From Anolis carolinensis (taxonomy: Eukaryota): a stretch of 64,000 nucleotides of DNA. The position numbers and the translations under genes were made by a program. Under the pieces are notes generated by a model that did no database searches, was not told the origin of the DNA, and was given only the letters and a program-made list of their open reading frames with translations. How positions within the stretch are numbered: position 1 is the stretch's first letter; the number at the start of each line of letters is the position of its first letter. Positions 25,474-38,864 of the stretch are shown in pieces. The DNA lies in contig NC_085841.1 of NCBI RefSeq assembly GCF_035594765.1, positions 47,723,636 through 47,787,635 of the forward strand, given 5' to 3'.

Positions 25474-27293
25474 AAATCCAGGGTATAAAAATGCAGCTGA
25501 TATGGTGTACAGTATATAACCCCCCTGCCATTAATTAAGAGCCTATCAACAGCCAACAGATCAAGCTAGTGCGGTTTCTATTGGAGCTTTTGCCACATCT
25601 GCATGACCAAAGGTTGGACAAATAGCCAATCTGGTCCCTTAGAGTTTTATGTTTTTGAGAACCCCTCACTTTCCCACCCTGCAGTGGCCATATTTTTTTT
25701 TCTCAAAATCACTTCCTGTTTTTTTAAGGCTTGCGTGGACATAGTGTGCAGGAAAAATAGAATAAAATTGCATGGGAATGTGTCAACATGTTCAGTGGGA
25801 CATCCGTCCCCTCCTTTGACCTTTGTGCAGATTACCAGGGTCCTACATAGGCAAATACAGCACAAAGAACAGCCTGTTGCCCAAGACACAGTTTGGAAAA
25901 ATAGGTGAATGAATATTTAGTATAGTTCCTGCTGCTACTTGCATAAGAGAGATTATTACACTAAAATTAATTTTGCTAAAGGACATTTGCTTAGATTCCC
26001 ACATTGAAATACCATACAAAATGTCATTGAGATTTTCAGCTTTGGATTTGTCTGTAAGTAATTGCTTGTGATCATTTAAACTTCACATTTCAGTCCTTGC
26101 TAGATATTTTTTGTGTTCTGAATTACCTGTTTTTACACCTTTTACACTTTATGCATTTCTTCTTATAATCGCCAAACCATATCAATGGAAAGAATGTCTA
26201 GTATGCCCCTTTGAGCTCATTTCAGATTTATGTGCAACGTTTCACATGTAGTTTGACAGTACTTGCATTTTAGTTTTAAGACAGCCACCTTAGCCAAAAG
26301 ACATTTCTGAAATTCAAATACTACATTTCCCTGCTCTTAGAAACCAAAATGTTCCTGAGAAATACATGTGTTCTATTTTGAGACTTGATCAGAAATAAAG
26401 ATAATTTTAATTTTTCATGATTTATTTTTATAGTTTAGCTTTTGTTTTTCCTTTCTAGCTCAGCATTCAAATTTGGATCACATTACACAGGTCCATACAA
26501 TGTTCAATAATGAAATAATGAAGCAACTTTGGTTTGAGAAATCAAACGTATACCATAATTCACAGAAAGAACATTTAGCTCATTTGTTCCTTTCCAAGCT
26601 TCCTGGGGATTTAATCCAACACATATGATGCATGAGAACTCAGGTTTTACTCTTTCCAGATTTCAAGCAAGACTCTTGACTAGCTCTAGCTGGAAATGAC
26701 TTTCTGATCTCAAAGTAGTATCTCATTACTTTGAAATTCTTGATGGTCTCCCATCTTATTAACCAAGCCCAACCCTGTGTAGCATCTGAAATCAGTTAAT
26801 ATCTGACACATGCTGGATATTACAGTAATTTGATGAATCCTGTTATAGTTCTCAAAGCCATCAAGTGTTTGTACAATTTCTTTGTAGATCAGCAGATCAG
26901 TTTCATCCACTCAAAGTAGTGGCAGAGGTAATGGGACCTAGCACCTCGACTTTGCTCCGACAAGATCACAGTAGACTGTCTTGATTTCTGAGTTCACATT
27001 TTAAGTGCTCTGTGTTAAGATGTTAGAAGCAAATATTATGTGAAATATTCCACTATTTCATAACAATATTTCACAAAGCCAATAATTGGATCTCAGTAAC
27101 CCACTGAAATCATTAAGACATATGGTTAAAATGTGTTCCATCACCCTCTGCTGGCTGTATTCAAAACTGTTATATCAAAGGTAAACTACAAAGTGACTCA
27201 CTAACCTTGTTGTTTATGAGCCAAACTATGCACTAGACCTAGTTATGTAAGAGTTGTTCGCCATGTATTTCAGCAGAAACGCAGCCTCTAGAA

Positions 27294-27394
27294 CAGTGGT
27301 TCTCAATCTGCAGTCCCACCCAGTTTACCAGCTGTTATGATTACTGGGAATTGAAGGCCAAAAACATCTAGAGACTGTGGGTTAAGAACCACTT
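27294..27394. mobile_element. Internally deleted hAT MITE
   Basis: CAGTGGTTCTCAA ... TTAAGAACCACT with perfect 8-bp TSD CTCTAGAA (27286-27293, 27395-27402). Confidence 0.85.
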
Positions 27395-28033
27395 CTCTAG
27401 AATCTATGATGATTCTGAGCAGAGAAACAGGAGAATGTGGTTTATTCTCCACCACCCACATTTTGTTGCCCCAATACCCATCCCTCAACAACAGCAACAA
27501 ACTATCAGAGGTAGACATCTTCTTAATTTTCCAGAAGAAACCCACAGCCCCTCCTCCAATAAACCACATTTCCCCTGAGATCTTCCAGATCTTTGTTGTG
27601 CAGCAAACATCACACACAAAAAGTTTGATTCAAATTCATCAATATGTTCTTTAGATTTCACGGTCACACTGCACATACACACACATAAACACAATTAGTT
27701 ATTTGTCTTGGGGGATGGGAACCTATAAAAATGCCAACCCCATTTATCCTCTTCAGAATAAACTACAATTCAGCAAGAAATCAATACTTTAATTTTAACA
27801 TTTCACACACAGAATTACATAACAGTTCTTAAGAAATGCCCTGGAGTGTATGGTGTTGCTGGCATTGTAGAAAATTAGGCACGACTCACAAGGTGGAACT
27901 GATTGGAAGGATCAGGTTCACAGCTTGGAAGCATTACCTTTTTGGACTACAATTTGCAAAATCCCCAGTCAGCATAGCTAATTGAAATGTTAGCAGGGAG
28001 GTTCTGGGAATTGTTATCCAACTAGGCAACTCT

Positions 28034-28272
28034 GGCCTCATCTACACTGATCATTTAATGCAGGTCAAAGCTAGCTTCAAACTGTGGTGGGAAGACAACA
28101 AGCTCCCACAAAAGTGCACAAAAAAGCTCTTAATGCGCATTAGTGCTTCTGGTTTGTGTAACCACCATCCAGGCCTCAAACTAGTTCCAGGATTTCCTAT
28201 GCAGTCATCTACAGAGTGGAAATCACTTGCTTTCATACCAGTTTGAAACTGCATTAAATGGTCAGATGGAGC
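28034..28272. mobile_element. Harbinger-like MITE (family B)
   Basis: CATCTACACTGATCATTTAATGCAG ... CTGCATTAAATGGTCAG inverted ends. Short relatives at ~52530-52625 and ~59950-60013. Confidence 0.55.
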
Positions 28273-28733
28273 TTCTATTTAACTGTGCCTAGGTCAGGTA
28301 ATGCCAATGGGATCTGAAAATGGGAACTTCAGCACACGCTGCACAGGCTTGGGGGGAAGAGGCAGATCAAGGGCACCAGATCAAAACAACCCTGAAGATA
28401 ATTACACAAGATAATGCACAAACATGCATTGGTGAATGGGTGCCAGAGATGTTTCATGGCAAAGAAAGCCCAGGGTTTTCCCTATCACAGTGAACCTGAA
28501 TCAGTGGGGGAGGGGAATGTTCTTCAAGACCACCATGCTACCATTTCTCAGCCCACAGGAGAAGCACAGGGTGGGACAGTAGAGTAGAGTAAGAGTTTAT
28601 GCAAGCTTCCTAACCAGAAAAACAAGTTTTTTCTTCTAGAGGAAAAGAGGAGAGGTGAGAATCTCTGGCAGTTCGCAGAGATGATTTTTCTGCCCCAAGA
28701 GCCACACTGGCTGCAAAAAACGCCTTCCAGAAA

Positions 28734-28736
<3 letters not shown>

Positions 28737-28770
<34 letters not shown>
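28737..28770. repeat. (AT)n microsatellite
   Basis: Seen directly. Confidence 0.95.
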
Positions 28771-28773
<3 letters not shown>

Positions 28774-29962
28774 TTAATATTAAATAGAAGAGGTACTTAA
28801 TTGCTGCTCTTGAAGACTTTCAGGAGCATTGATTCACCCTCTTTTAGGGGCCAGATCCAGAGTGTACGGACAACGATCTGGGGAGCCTGAAAGAGCTAAC
28901 AGTCATAAAAACAGTTTTCAGGTTGGTGCTTCAGCAACCACTGTTCTAGAAGATATAATCAGTTCAAGTGGTATCTAAAGACATCAGTCTCTTCATTCAC
29001 TCTTGCCAATTTGTCAAACAATACTCTTGTTACATGATAGCCCATTCCTGGTTATTTTTCCTCAATAATGGAAGCAGCCTTGGTTTTACCCAGCACCTGC
29101 TTCAATCAAGCATGGAGGCAACATTGCTACTTTTCAAACTGGTTTTGTGAAAGCTTAAAAAAGAAGCCATGTTGGCAAGGAGATTTTGGGCTTGACTCTC
29201 CCAAAAAAGTAAACTTCCTAAGCTTGAGCCTCTGCAGGCTTTGGCATTGAAGTGTGCCATGCCTCCTCCAAATGTAGTAGCCATTTAAAGGGGGGAACTA
29301 TTGTATTTCCAACTATCCTGCACCTGTATTCTTCTGTATTCTTCTAAGATGAAACAAGAGAAAGTTACTACAATGAGTGCATGTAGCGAGGAGCAAGAAA
29401 GTGCTCTAATGCAACATACAATGAGAACAGGTTGCATGTGGTTTTCAGAACAAGCTGAGTTCGTTTTTATCCTCTCTTTTGGTGCCAAAATCATATAGTC
29501 AGCTTTATTCTTTGAATCTTGTGGCACTATATACCCCATGAAAGCACTAGTATATGATGTACATGGATTTGAGAAGGAAGAACTGAAGGTAATCATGTGG
29601 AATATACAAATAATTGGAGATTGGGGAGCAATGTTATAGAGAAACGTCAGATAACTACAGGCTGCTTTCCACTTCTAAAGTTAAAGCATGTATTCGCAAA
29701 TTCCATAGGACTTTAAAAAAAGTTTGTAAAGCTGAGATTCAAAATAAGCCAACAAGCAAAAAGTCAAAATGTCTGATATAGTTATATAGGAAACTGTTGT
29801 ATCATCCCAGCTTGTTATTTAAACAATAAGCATCAGATCATAATCAGCTCATACCCAAAATAACTCAGTCAGCTAACTCTGCATAGTTCCACATATAATA
29901 ACAAAAGAAAATGTCTCTGTATGTCTGTAGAAGCCATGATTCACTGGGACATTGTTCTACAT

Positions 29963-30097
29963 TAGAAGTGTCAAATTTGTGGCCCTCCAGATGTTTGGGC
30001 CTCCAACTCCCAGAAGCTTTGCAAGCTTATCCAATGTCTAGGAATTCAGGGAGCCGAAGTCCAAAACACCTGGAGGGTCATGTGTTTGACACCACTG
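29963..30097. mobile_element. hAT MITE
   Basis: GTGTCAAA...GGCCCTCCAGATGTTT ... AAAACACCTGGAGGGTC...TTTGACAC inverted structure. A related remnant lies at ~30860-30975. Confidence 0.7.
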
Positions 30098-30369
30098 TCT
30101 AGACATTTCAAGATTTGGTTATGGTTTTTGTAGTCATCTAGGTTACAGTACCAAAGCTGAAATTCCTAACAAGGGTATCACTTGGAGCAAAACAAGATGA
30201 AATTATCATGATTGGGACCTGATTTGCAATGGATGATTTCAAGTCAAAATATCCAATGTGGGGGTTCCTAGAAGGAAAAGTGTGGTTTTCCAAAATTCGA
30301 TAACAAATCATATTTGAAAGGAACAGAAAATAAGAAAAGGCTATCATTCATAGTACCACCACAATTGCT

Positions 30370-30450
30370 AATGGCGCTCCATGCAGTGATGCTGGCCACA
30401 TGACCTTGGAGGCATCTATGGACAATGCTGGCTTTTTGGCTTAGAAATGG
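30370..30450 (+). mobile_element. Sauria SINE internal fragment
   Basis: GGCGCTCCATGCAGTGATGCTGGCCACATGACCTTGGAGG...GGCTTAGAAATGG. Confidence 0.8.
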
Positions 30451-33105
30451 TATTGCTCCTAAGATTTCTAAGATGAGCGGGTAGAAAAACAGAAGATCCT
30501 ATGAGGCCTTTGCAAGACTGCTGAGTACAATGAAACTAGGAAACAAGGTAAGATTCTTTGATGTATTGCTGCTAAGTTTCCTGAGGCAAGAGGAAATGTG
30601 GAGAACAGGAAAGGGCAATGACACTGCTGCTAAGATGCCTGGGGCTACAGGACAGGGAAACCAGAATGAGAGAGGGGTGATGGTGGTAAATGGATCCATT
30701 GCTTCAGGATAGTGAATCTGCTCTGTGTTTTATGGGAGCAGCTCTAAATCTTACAGAATATATGGGGCTGAGTGTTCAGGACCTTGGATAGCTCATATGA
30801 AACTAGAGTAACTCTTGGAAAACCCCTTGTAGATTTATCATTCTGAAACACATCTGCAACAACTGGTGGTTCCTCAGGTGTTTGGGACTCCCAACTCCCA
30901 GAAGCCCTAGCCAGCTTGTCCCAATGGTCAGGAATTCTGGGAACTGAAATCCAAAATGCCTGGATAGTCACATATTGTGCATTTATCTAAAGCAATTGAG
31001 TCAGTAGCCATATCTAATAGTGTTGGTAAAAAAATTTTAAAAATTAAAGGATGGGGGCAGAAAAAAACAAAAAAAAACATATGAAACCTTTTGAAGACAT
31101 TAGATATGGATCTAGGCAAGCCCAAGTACCTTGCAGCTAATAATAAAAAAAATACAGCTTCCCTGATAAAACTGAGTAGTATTCAACCAGTCTGTTAAGA
31201 GTTTAAAACATGACATTTTATACATAAATTTCATACTAGTCAAACACAAGTGAATGCTTTGACAGAGACAGAGAAATTGCAATGCATGCCCTATGTTGGT
31301 GGCCAGAAATATCTTAGATAATCTTTAATACTTTGTTCATTATAGTCTCCCCTCTCCTCATTTCCATTTTTTTCAAACTAAACCCAGAAATCACTATTCA
31401 TATCTTTCTATTCCAAAGTTCCCACATCTTCAGATCAACATATAGTTATGTCTTTGGGGCATACTCAGGGCCAAAGAATAGATGTAACTAAAATTGTATT
31501 TCTTTTCCACTCCCAGCCCACCCTATCCCTGAAAATGATGGCAGCTTTGGGGCTTTGCACTGGGTACCACTTCCATAATCTTTAAACCAACCCCAATTCC
31601 AAAAAGCAAAACCTGAAGAAGTCATGGTTATTCTGTAAGAATGCCTATCTGGGTCTCCTACTAATCCAAAACTTTTTTTCTTAGACAAGATAACTAGTCC
31701 ATATGCAAAGATGTCACAGTATCTTAGAGAAGCTACACTTTAAATAGAAATCCCAGTTACCAAGTTCAATGAGGCCAAGACGCTACATTTCCACACCTAA
31801 TTGGCAGTGGCACCTCAGATCTTTAGAGGAATAGAAAGATGGGACCTGCCTTCAGGCCACATTTCACATGCTTGAGTTTGCAATGCATTTCAGATCCGTA
31901 TTTCATTGTGAAGAAGAATTGTAATAAAATTGTTTCTTCAGTGTTAAGACAGAGAGATAAATTATGCCAAACTATGAATAGGCTTTCTGAAGTATCTCAA
32001 CCATTTTGCTTCAAGGCCACCAAGGCCAATAAAAAGACTCTGGTAAGCTAATAAAGAACCATAGAAATGAAGAAAGGATGGAATGAAAAAAAGGAAACTA
32101 TTGAACAATGGAATGAACAATGGCATTTATCATTCCCATTGGGATCACGAGAACATCTTCCTTCATGCTACACTTTGTCTCCTCAAGTAGCACCTCCTAC
32201 ATTATCATCATAATCATCACAAAGAGCAAGGGGACACCAACCTTCTTGCTGGCATGTTATCAAACATCAGACTAAAAGCACAAAATACAAAGGGACTGAA
32301 GAGACCTTTGAAACAGGGTGAAATGTTGTATACCCTTTTCCCACTCACTCCACTATGATGGCATCTCAGAATGGGCTGCTTAATTCAAATAAAGCTGCAG
32401 TATTTGAAAGAGAAAAAGAGAAATGTGTTGTGATGTGACTCAGTCTGTTCTGTATAAGCTGCAATCTAACACAATTATCCTCAAAGCCAATTTGATAGCA
32501 CTCAGCTGTAGGCAGGTTGGGGAGAAGGCAAGGGAAACTTAGAAGTAATGCGGAGACACAAGCAATCTCAAAGGAAACCACTGGAATTGCATGTGGACGG
32601 ACTTCCCCTACCCACCAGGACTTTGCCTTTGCCATAACACTCTTTGTTGATTATCGTCTTATCAGTTCCTCTCTCTCAATGTCTCTTGACATCAGTCCTA
32701 ACTCTATTCTCCTGCCTGAAGGCTGTAAAACTTGCTGCGGTTGCTAAGCAGTGGACAGACTTTTCTTCCTTTCTCATGCAGGACTTTCCCAGGAGAACTG
32801 GGAAAACAATTTGAAAAATAATTCCTGTTTATATTAAATAGTCAACACATTTTAGACCCATCTTAATGTCTTCCTTCTACTGTACTATTCCTTTCCCCTA
32901 TCCCTATATTATCTCTTCATTTATTCCTGTAACTACTGCATTGTAATATCTAAATAGCACCACTTAACAATTCTCACCATGCAAGAGCCAGTACGGGCAA
33001 TGGAAACTGGGCATTTTGCTGAAGACCCAGAATGCTTAATAAATATTGGTCAGGAGGTAGATGCCCAATTGAAGAAGGTGTGAACAACTAACTGGAATCT
33101 ATATA

Positions 33106-33425
33106 CAGTGGAGTCTTGCTTATCCACGCCTTGCTTATCCAAGCCTTTGGATTATCCAAGCCATTTTTGTAGTCAATGTTTTCAATATATCGTGATATTT
33201 TGGTGCTAAATTCGTAAATACAGTAATTATAACATGACATTACTGTGTATTGAACTACTTTTTCTGTCAAATTTGTTGTATAACATGATGTTTTGGTGCT
33301 TAATTTGTAAAATCATAACCTAATTTGATGTTTAATAGGCTTTTCCTTAATCCCTCATTATCCAAGATATTCGCTTATCCAAGCTTCTGCCAGCCCGTTT
33401 AGCTTGGATAAGTGAGACTCTACTG
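33106..33425. mobile_element. Tc1/mariner MITE (inverted sister of 7475-7797)
   Basis: TA|CAGTGGAGTCTTGCTTATCC ... GGATAAGTGAGACTCTACTG. Confidence 0.9.
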
Positions 33426-34948
33426 AACATATATTCAAGGGTAGCCCTGTTGGCTGTGTAGCAAAACACATCAAAATCTACAAGTAGCAACAGATTTATT
33501 GGACCAACTTCAAAGAATAAAATACCTTTTACAAGCTGTGAAGCTTTTTCACCAAAGATGTTAAAATTCATATAGGCAAAAAAGTGGTGATGGTGCAAGA
33601 ATCATAGGCAATGCATACATTCTGTCTGAGATACTGCCAGGTAAGGTGATATTGAGGAATCTCATTGCACATAGAGGTCACTCTCCTTGTTGGGCATGTG
33701 AGGACTAGAGACAAAAATCAATAAAAGACAGGCTAATTTAATTCTATTAGTGACAGAAAAGTAAGTCCCACTGAGATCCAGATATCTTTGTGTTCTGCGA
33801 AGATGACTATTTTTCTGGGATTTAGCTGCAAATCGTAACAGGAGCATGCTATACTGCACCATTTTGTTGCAGGTTCCACTTACAACCCATATACAGCACA
33901 GCACTGAGAAGTCCTTTTTAACCTACTCAGTTGTCCTCAGAAAGGTGAGGAGAGATGGGACCAAAGAAAACTCTTTCAGCAATGTATCCCAATAGTAGGG
34001 GGACAAACAGCAAGATCTGACTTATGGAGGTCCTATGGTGAGCTTATCATATGGCTTTCTTGGCAACATTTGTTCAGAGGAGATTTGTTTTTACATTCAT
34101 CTGAGGCTTAAGAATACTTGAGCAGCCCAAGGCCACCCAGTGGGTTTCCATGGCCAAGCCAGGATTTGAACCTTGTTACCTAATCTTAAAGTATGGGCAG
34201 TTTCATGTGGGCAGAAGCACTTCTACTCCAATGCAACCAATGTTATATATCTAGATTAATGGCTGTGTCACATCAATTCAATTGCTTATGTCTGCAAATC
34301 AATTAATGGCTGTACGTCCAATAAAGGCTCATAGGTAAGTTGATCCCTTTGGTCTCCCAAAACCCCAAGCAATCCTCAGGATCTTCTGAACTCAATTTAA
34401 AGGAAGAAAGTGTAGTGAAGTAAAGACTGCCCAAAAAAAAATCAATCTCTGAAAATGAAACCAACCTAGTTTTCAAACACTCTGACCTTTTTTGCTTAAC
34501 AAGCCCAAGAGAGAAAAACTAAGTGACTAGGAGACATGGGGAAGATTTATGAGCCATGAGATAGCACTGGGATTTACAGAGTCAGAATAAACTGATATTT
34601 AAAAAACAGAAAGAAAGAAACAGAGAAGATTTATATACATGGTAGGTGCATGCAGCCCACTTATGAGCAGAAAAGGGATTATCAAAACTTGGTTCTTTCT
34701 GTTTCCCCAACACCTATATTTACTTTTCCAGGTCTGAAACCTAAAGAGACTGCCATGTCAAACTGATTCAGTCTGTGCCCGATGATGCTTGCAGGGGTAG
34801 GGCTGCACAATAAATAATAATAAATACATATTAAATACATGAGAGGATCAAAGCCTTGGTAAATCAGTTTCTCCCTTCCTCAGAATCTTCAACATCCTCA
34901 CACACATCAACATGCACATGCAATAACAACAACAACAACAACAACAAC

Positions 34949-35329
34949 AAAGAAAAAGGTTTGGATAATTGATGTTGCCATACCAGGTGATAGTCACATT
35001 GACGAAAAACAACAGGAAAAACTCAGCCGCTATCAGGACCTCAAGATTGAACTGCAAAGACTCTTGCAGAAACCAGTGCAGGTGGTCCCGGTGGTGATCA
35101 GCACATTGGGTGCCGTGCCAAAAGATTTCAGCCGGCATTTTGGAAACAATAGACATTGACAAAATTATGATCTGCCAACTGCAAAAGGCCACCCTACTGG
35201 GATCTGCGCGCATCATCCAAAATACATCACACAGTCTAGACACTTGGGAAGTGTTTGACTTGTGATTTTGTGATACGAAATCCAGCATCTTGTTTGCTGT
35301 GTCATAAAATAAAATAACAATAACAATAA
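34949..35329 (+). mobile_element. R4/Dong-clade non-LTR retrotransposon 3' fragment (restriction-like endonuclease region)
   Basis: Translates KKKVWIIDVAIPGDSHIDEKQQEKLSRYQDLKIELQRLLQKPVQVVPVVISTLGAVPK, the REL-type D..(K)..Y region. Frameshifted downstream, then a short 3' UTR and (TAA/CAA)n tail. Confidence 0.85.
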
Positions 35330-36324
35330 ATTTTATTTATATACAGCTCCATTTCCTTGAGAGAGAAAAAATCATACAACAAAGTTAAACATAGTAAACA
35401 TAATAAACAACATCATAAGACAGAACCAAAACAATTCTATTAAAAACAGACATAAAATTACAAATCCAAACCAATATACTCCATCAAGGATTCAAATAGC
35501 AGTAATCAGGACTTCAAGGTAGATATGGTCAATTATAAGGGATAGATAAAATGTGTGCATCAGAATATGAATACACTTGTGCTTCATACTCATCAGAAAA
35601 ACGAAAGTCATGTTCCTACCATGTCACAACTACACCTTTGATATATGCATCTGTGGTGAGCATAGTGTATATCTTAGTTTCAGAACTGACTCAAGGGTTT
35701 TTACTACTTCAGACAGAAAATAAAATGGTGTACCCTCCTTCCATGTACAGAAGCAAACTGGACTAGAAGTTGTCTATTAATACTGCACCAGAGACAGGAC
35801 ATCTTCTGATACCCCAAGGAGATGCAAGCTAAATGTCAAGACAGGACATTTGGTTCATAGAGATTTTCTTTCACCAAATGGGAATGGAGAATGGGCTTAG
35901 GAAAAACCAGTAGGGAATCACTATCGTTGCTTTGGATCTGTGCTGTCTGAGTTGGTTGTTTCAACAGCCAGCATCCACACTATTGGTTATACTAGCTCAA
36001 ACTCTTGCAGGTTACAATCCCAATACAACTGGATGACACACTTGTTCAATCTTGATATTTTGTTGTTACTATGTTCCTTCAAGTTGACTTCAACTTACAA
36101 CAATCCCAGTTATCCAATTTTCTTGGCAAGATTTCTTTAGAGAAGGGTTGGTTTTGCCTTCCCATAAGCTGAAAGAATGTGACTTGCCTAAAGTCAATCA
36201 ATGTGTTTTAATGGCTGAGCAGAAATTCAGATCTTCATCTACCCAATGATAGACCAGCCATGCTTCTTTTGGATGAGCTGCCTTCAATTCATTACAGGAA
36301 ATATGCACATGCATTTTCACACCA

Positions 36325-36546
36325 TAGTGGACTCTTGAAGTTTGTTTCCAGGACACAGACCCCACCCCCAATACCAAAATCTATGAATGCTCAGGTTTTA
36401 TTGTATACAATTGTCTGGTAAAATGATGTTCCTTATATAATTTGGCAAAATTGAGGTTTGCTTACGTTTGTTTTTTTTTCAATCTCTGAAGCTGTGGATG
36501 GTTGAATCTGTGGGTGCGGAATCCATTGATACAGAGGGCTGACTAT
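36325..36546. mobile_element. MER2/Tigger-like MITE remnant
   Basis: TTCCAGGAC...ATACCAAAATC..TGAATGCTCA and right end GGTTGAATC...GATACAGAGGGCTGACT. Confidence 0.6.
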
Positions 36547-38379
36547 ATATACTTGCTCTAGTAGCTGGAAAATTCTCAGAGTTGAAATCAAAACAAATAA
36601 TCTTTCTGAACTCTGGTCTTGCCTATTTTCAGATCATTGTGTCAAGACCACAATGTTATGAAGCCGTGCTTTCATCTCAAACACTTCTTAAAACAGTTCA
36701 CTCACCTGTCCTTACTGCTTTTTCAAGACACATATTGCCTTCAACCTTTATTCAATACGCCATCTTATAGTCACTTATGAAGACAGATATTTTTCTCTGT
36801 CTCCAATTGACAGCCTTCCCTTATTTCTATGATTTCTCTTCTCAGGTACAGCCTCTTTCTACACCATTTCAGGTTCATATATACACAAAATCTTGCACTA
36901 ATAATGGTATTAGATTTTAAAACTACACATTCAAAATGTGCAGCCCTGCATATAATGTTGCAAAGCAGTTCCCAGTCATTGTTCACCACTAGTTGAGACA
37001 ATGAGCCGTCAGTCAACATGAAGTCGCATTTTGAGCATTGGACTATGGCTCTGGAGACTCAGATGCAACTCCTACTCAGCCATGGAAACTTACTGGTTGA
37101 CCCTGGGCAAATCATACACTGTCAGCCTGAGAAAATCCCATGATAGCTCACCTTAGAGTGTCCTGAAATCAAACAAGTCAAACAACTTCAGGAAGATTAC
37201 ACATTACATCTCTGCTTTAAACATAGACTTTTCTTTCTCTACCATCTTATACAAAACATGTTGCATGGCGTTCTCTGTACCCTAGGGCTTTCTGAGAGGA
37301 GATGTTACCCAGGCAGCATCACAATTCAGATAGTGGGTACCTTCCATTGTGAGCATAAGAGCTGTACCTGTGGCTGGATGGCTAGCTTTGTGAGGCTGCT
37401 GCCTAAAATACTGTACAGTTCCTAGAAATGACAGAGCCCACCTATAAACAGACCCATGCTATATCAGGGAAAGGGTAGATAATTACTCTAGTGGATAGAG
37501 CAAAGGGTCACCAGTGTAGGAAAATGGGCATCAATATAGGAAGAAGTCTGAGGTGAAGAAAGATCTCAACTTATAGCTAGACCTGACAGCTTCCATGAGA
37601 CTTCCTCAATACCCTCTGCAAAGCAGTGTCCCGTGCTCTCTTTGCCCATTGCGCCAGAACAATTTTCTTTTATTAAGGCTTTTTCTGGCACAAACTTGAT
37701 AGTGCCAAGGTGGTCATTAATGAGTGTCAGGAGTCTATAGGAAAACACAAAGAACCATCTATCATCTCATAAAGAGCAAAGGCTGAGTGGTAGAGTTTAT
37801 ATACATGGTGAGAGGTGACCAAGGCGTAATGAGGCATGAAATGGGAAATGCTGCTTTAGACTTTGTCTGACAAGCTTTGATCAAGAATCTTGGATCTCTG
37901 GAGATAACAGCAAGGGAGCAGCCGTGAATTTGTAACACATGCAATGGAAAAGGATGCTCCTCTGGTTCAGATAGCAGCTTTTAGCTCAATATGAGAAATC
38001 TGGAGCATGTAAACATTGAATTCAAAGATCCGTTTCTGTTTCCAATTGAGGAGAAAAAGTGAAACATCAAGTCATTACTCCATTAATTTTAGTTATTTAA
38101 AATGCCATTTGCTTCATGATTTTTTCATCCAGATCAGGTTTCCCTTATGACTAACTTTCATGTCTTTTTGCCTTTTTGTTTATTTGTTTCACTGTCTGTT
38201 TTACTTCATTCAACAATTATGTCTTCAGGCTTTCCACCTGGCAGCTGACATTTTATTTTCTAAGAATCATTACATGATTTCAGGGCATTTTGTGGAGTGG
38301 AGGGGTGGTAACTACCACAAAGAAATGGCAACCTTTGCTGTAGCCACTATTATTCCCCAGATTAACACAATGTTTAAAT

Positions 38380-38864
38380 AAGGCTTGTCCAACCTGTAGC
38401 CCGTGGGCTGCATGTGGTCCAAGGTGGCTATGAATGTGGCCCAACACAAAATCGTAAAATACTTTAAAACATTATAGTTTTTTCTGACTTGATTGCTAAA
38501 TTATTGGCACAAACTTTGTAGATGACAGTAGAACAGAATGGAATAATCAGAGGATGTTACATCTACAAATATCAGAGTATTATCCATAATCACATTACAA
38601 TTGCAAACAATTTGGCCAGAAGAAACAAAAAACTGTTAAAATTAATGAAATAAAGAGCAAGAGGACTCTGTTGTGATGCTAGACAAAATGAATTCTGAAA
38701 AAGAATTCAAGTGTGCATTATGTACTAGGCATTGCACCACTGTGCACCGCACGCTCTCACTATTTGTATGCATACATAGCTTCAGTTTTACAGTGGCGTG
38801 AAGCCCAAGATAATTCTTCTTCTTTCAGTGTGGTTCAGGGAAGCCGAAAGATTGGACACCCTTG
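38380..38864 (-). mobile_element. MER30/Charlie12-like hAT non-autonomous element
   Basis: The - strand begins CAAGGGTGTCCAATCTTTCGGCTTCCCTGAACCACACTGAAAGAAGAAGAATTATCTTGGGC and ends TTTGTGTTGGGCCACATTCATAGCC...GGTTGGACAAGCC, like the recalled MER30 termini. TSD gtttaaat / atttaaat. Confidence 0.8.

Noticed and set aside
32605-32797. Minus-strand exon-like segment after a good acceptor
   Set aside because: Stops in all three frames. It could be non-coding, but nothing further supports it.
34848-35288. 146-aa minus-strand ORF
   Set aside because: Antisense shadow of the R4/Dong fragment plus a microsatellite.
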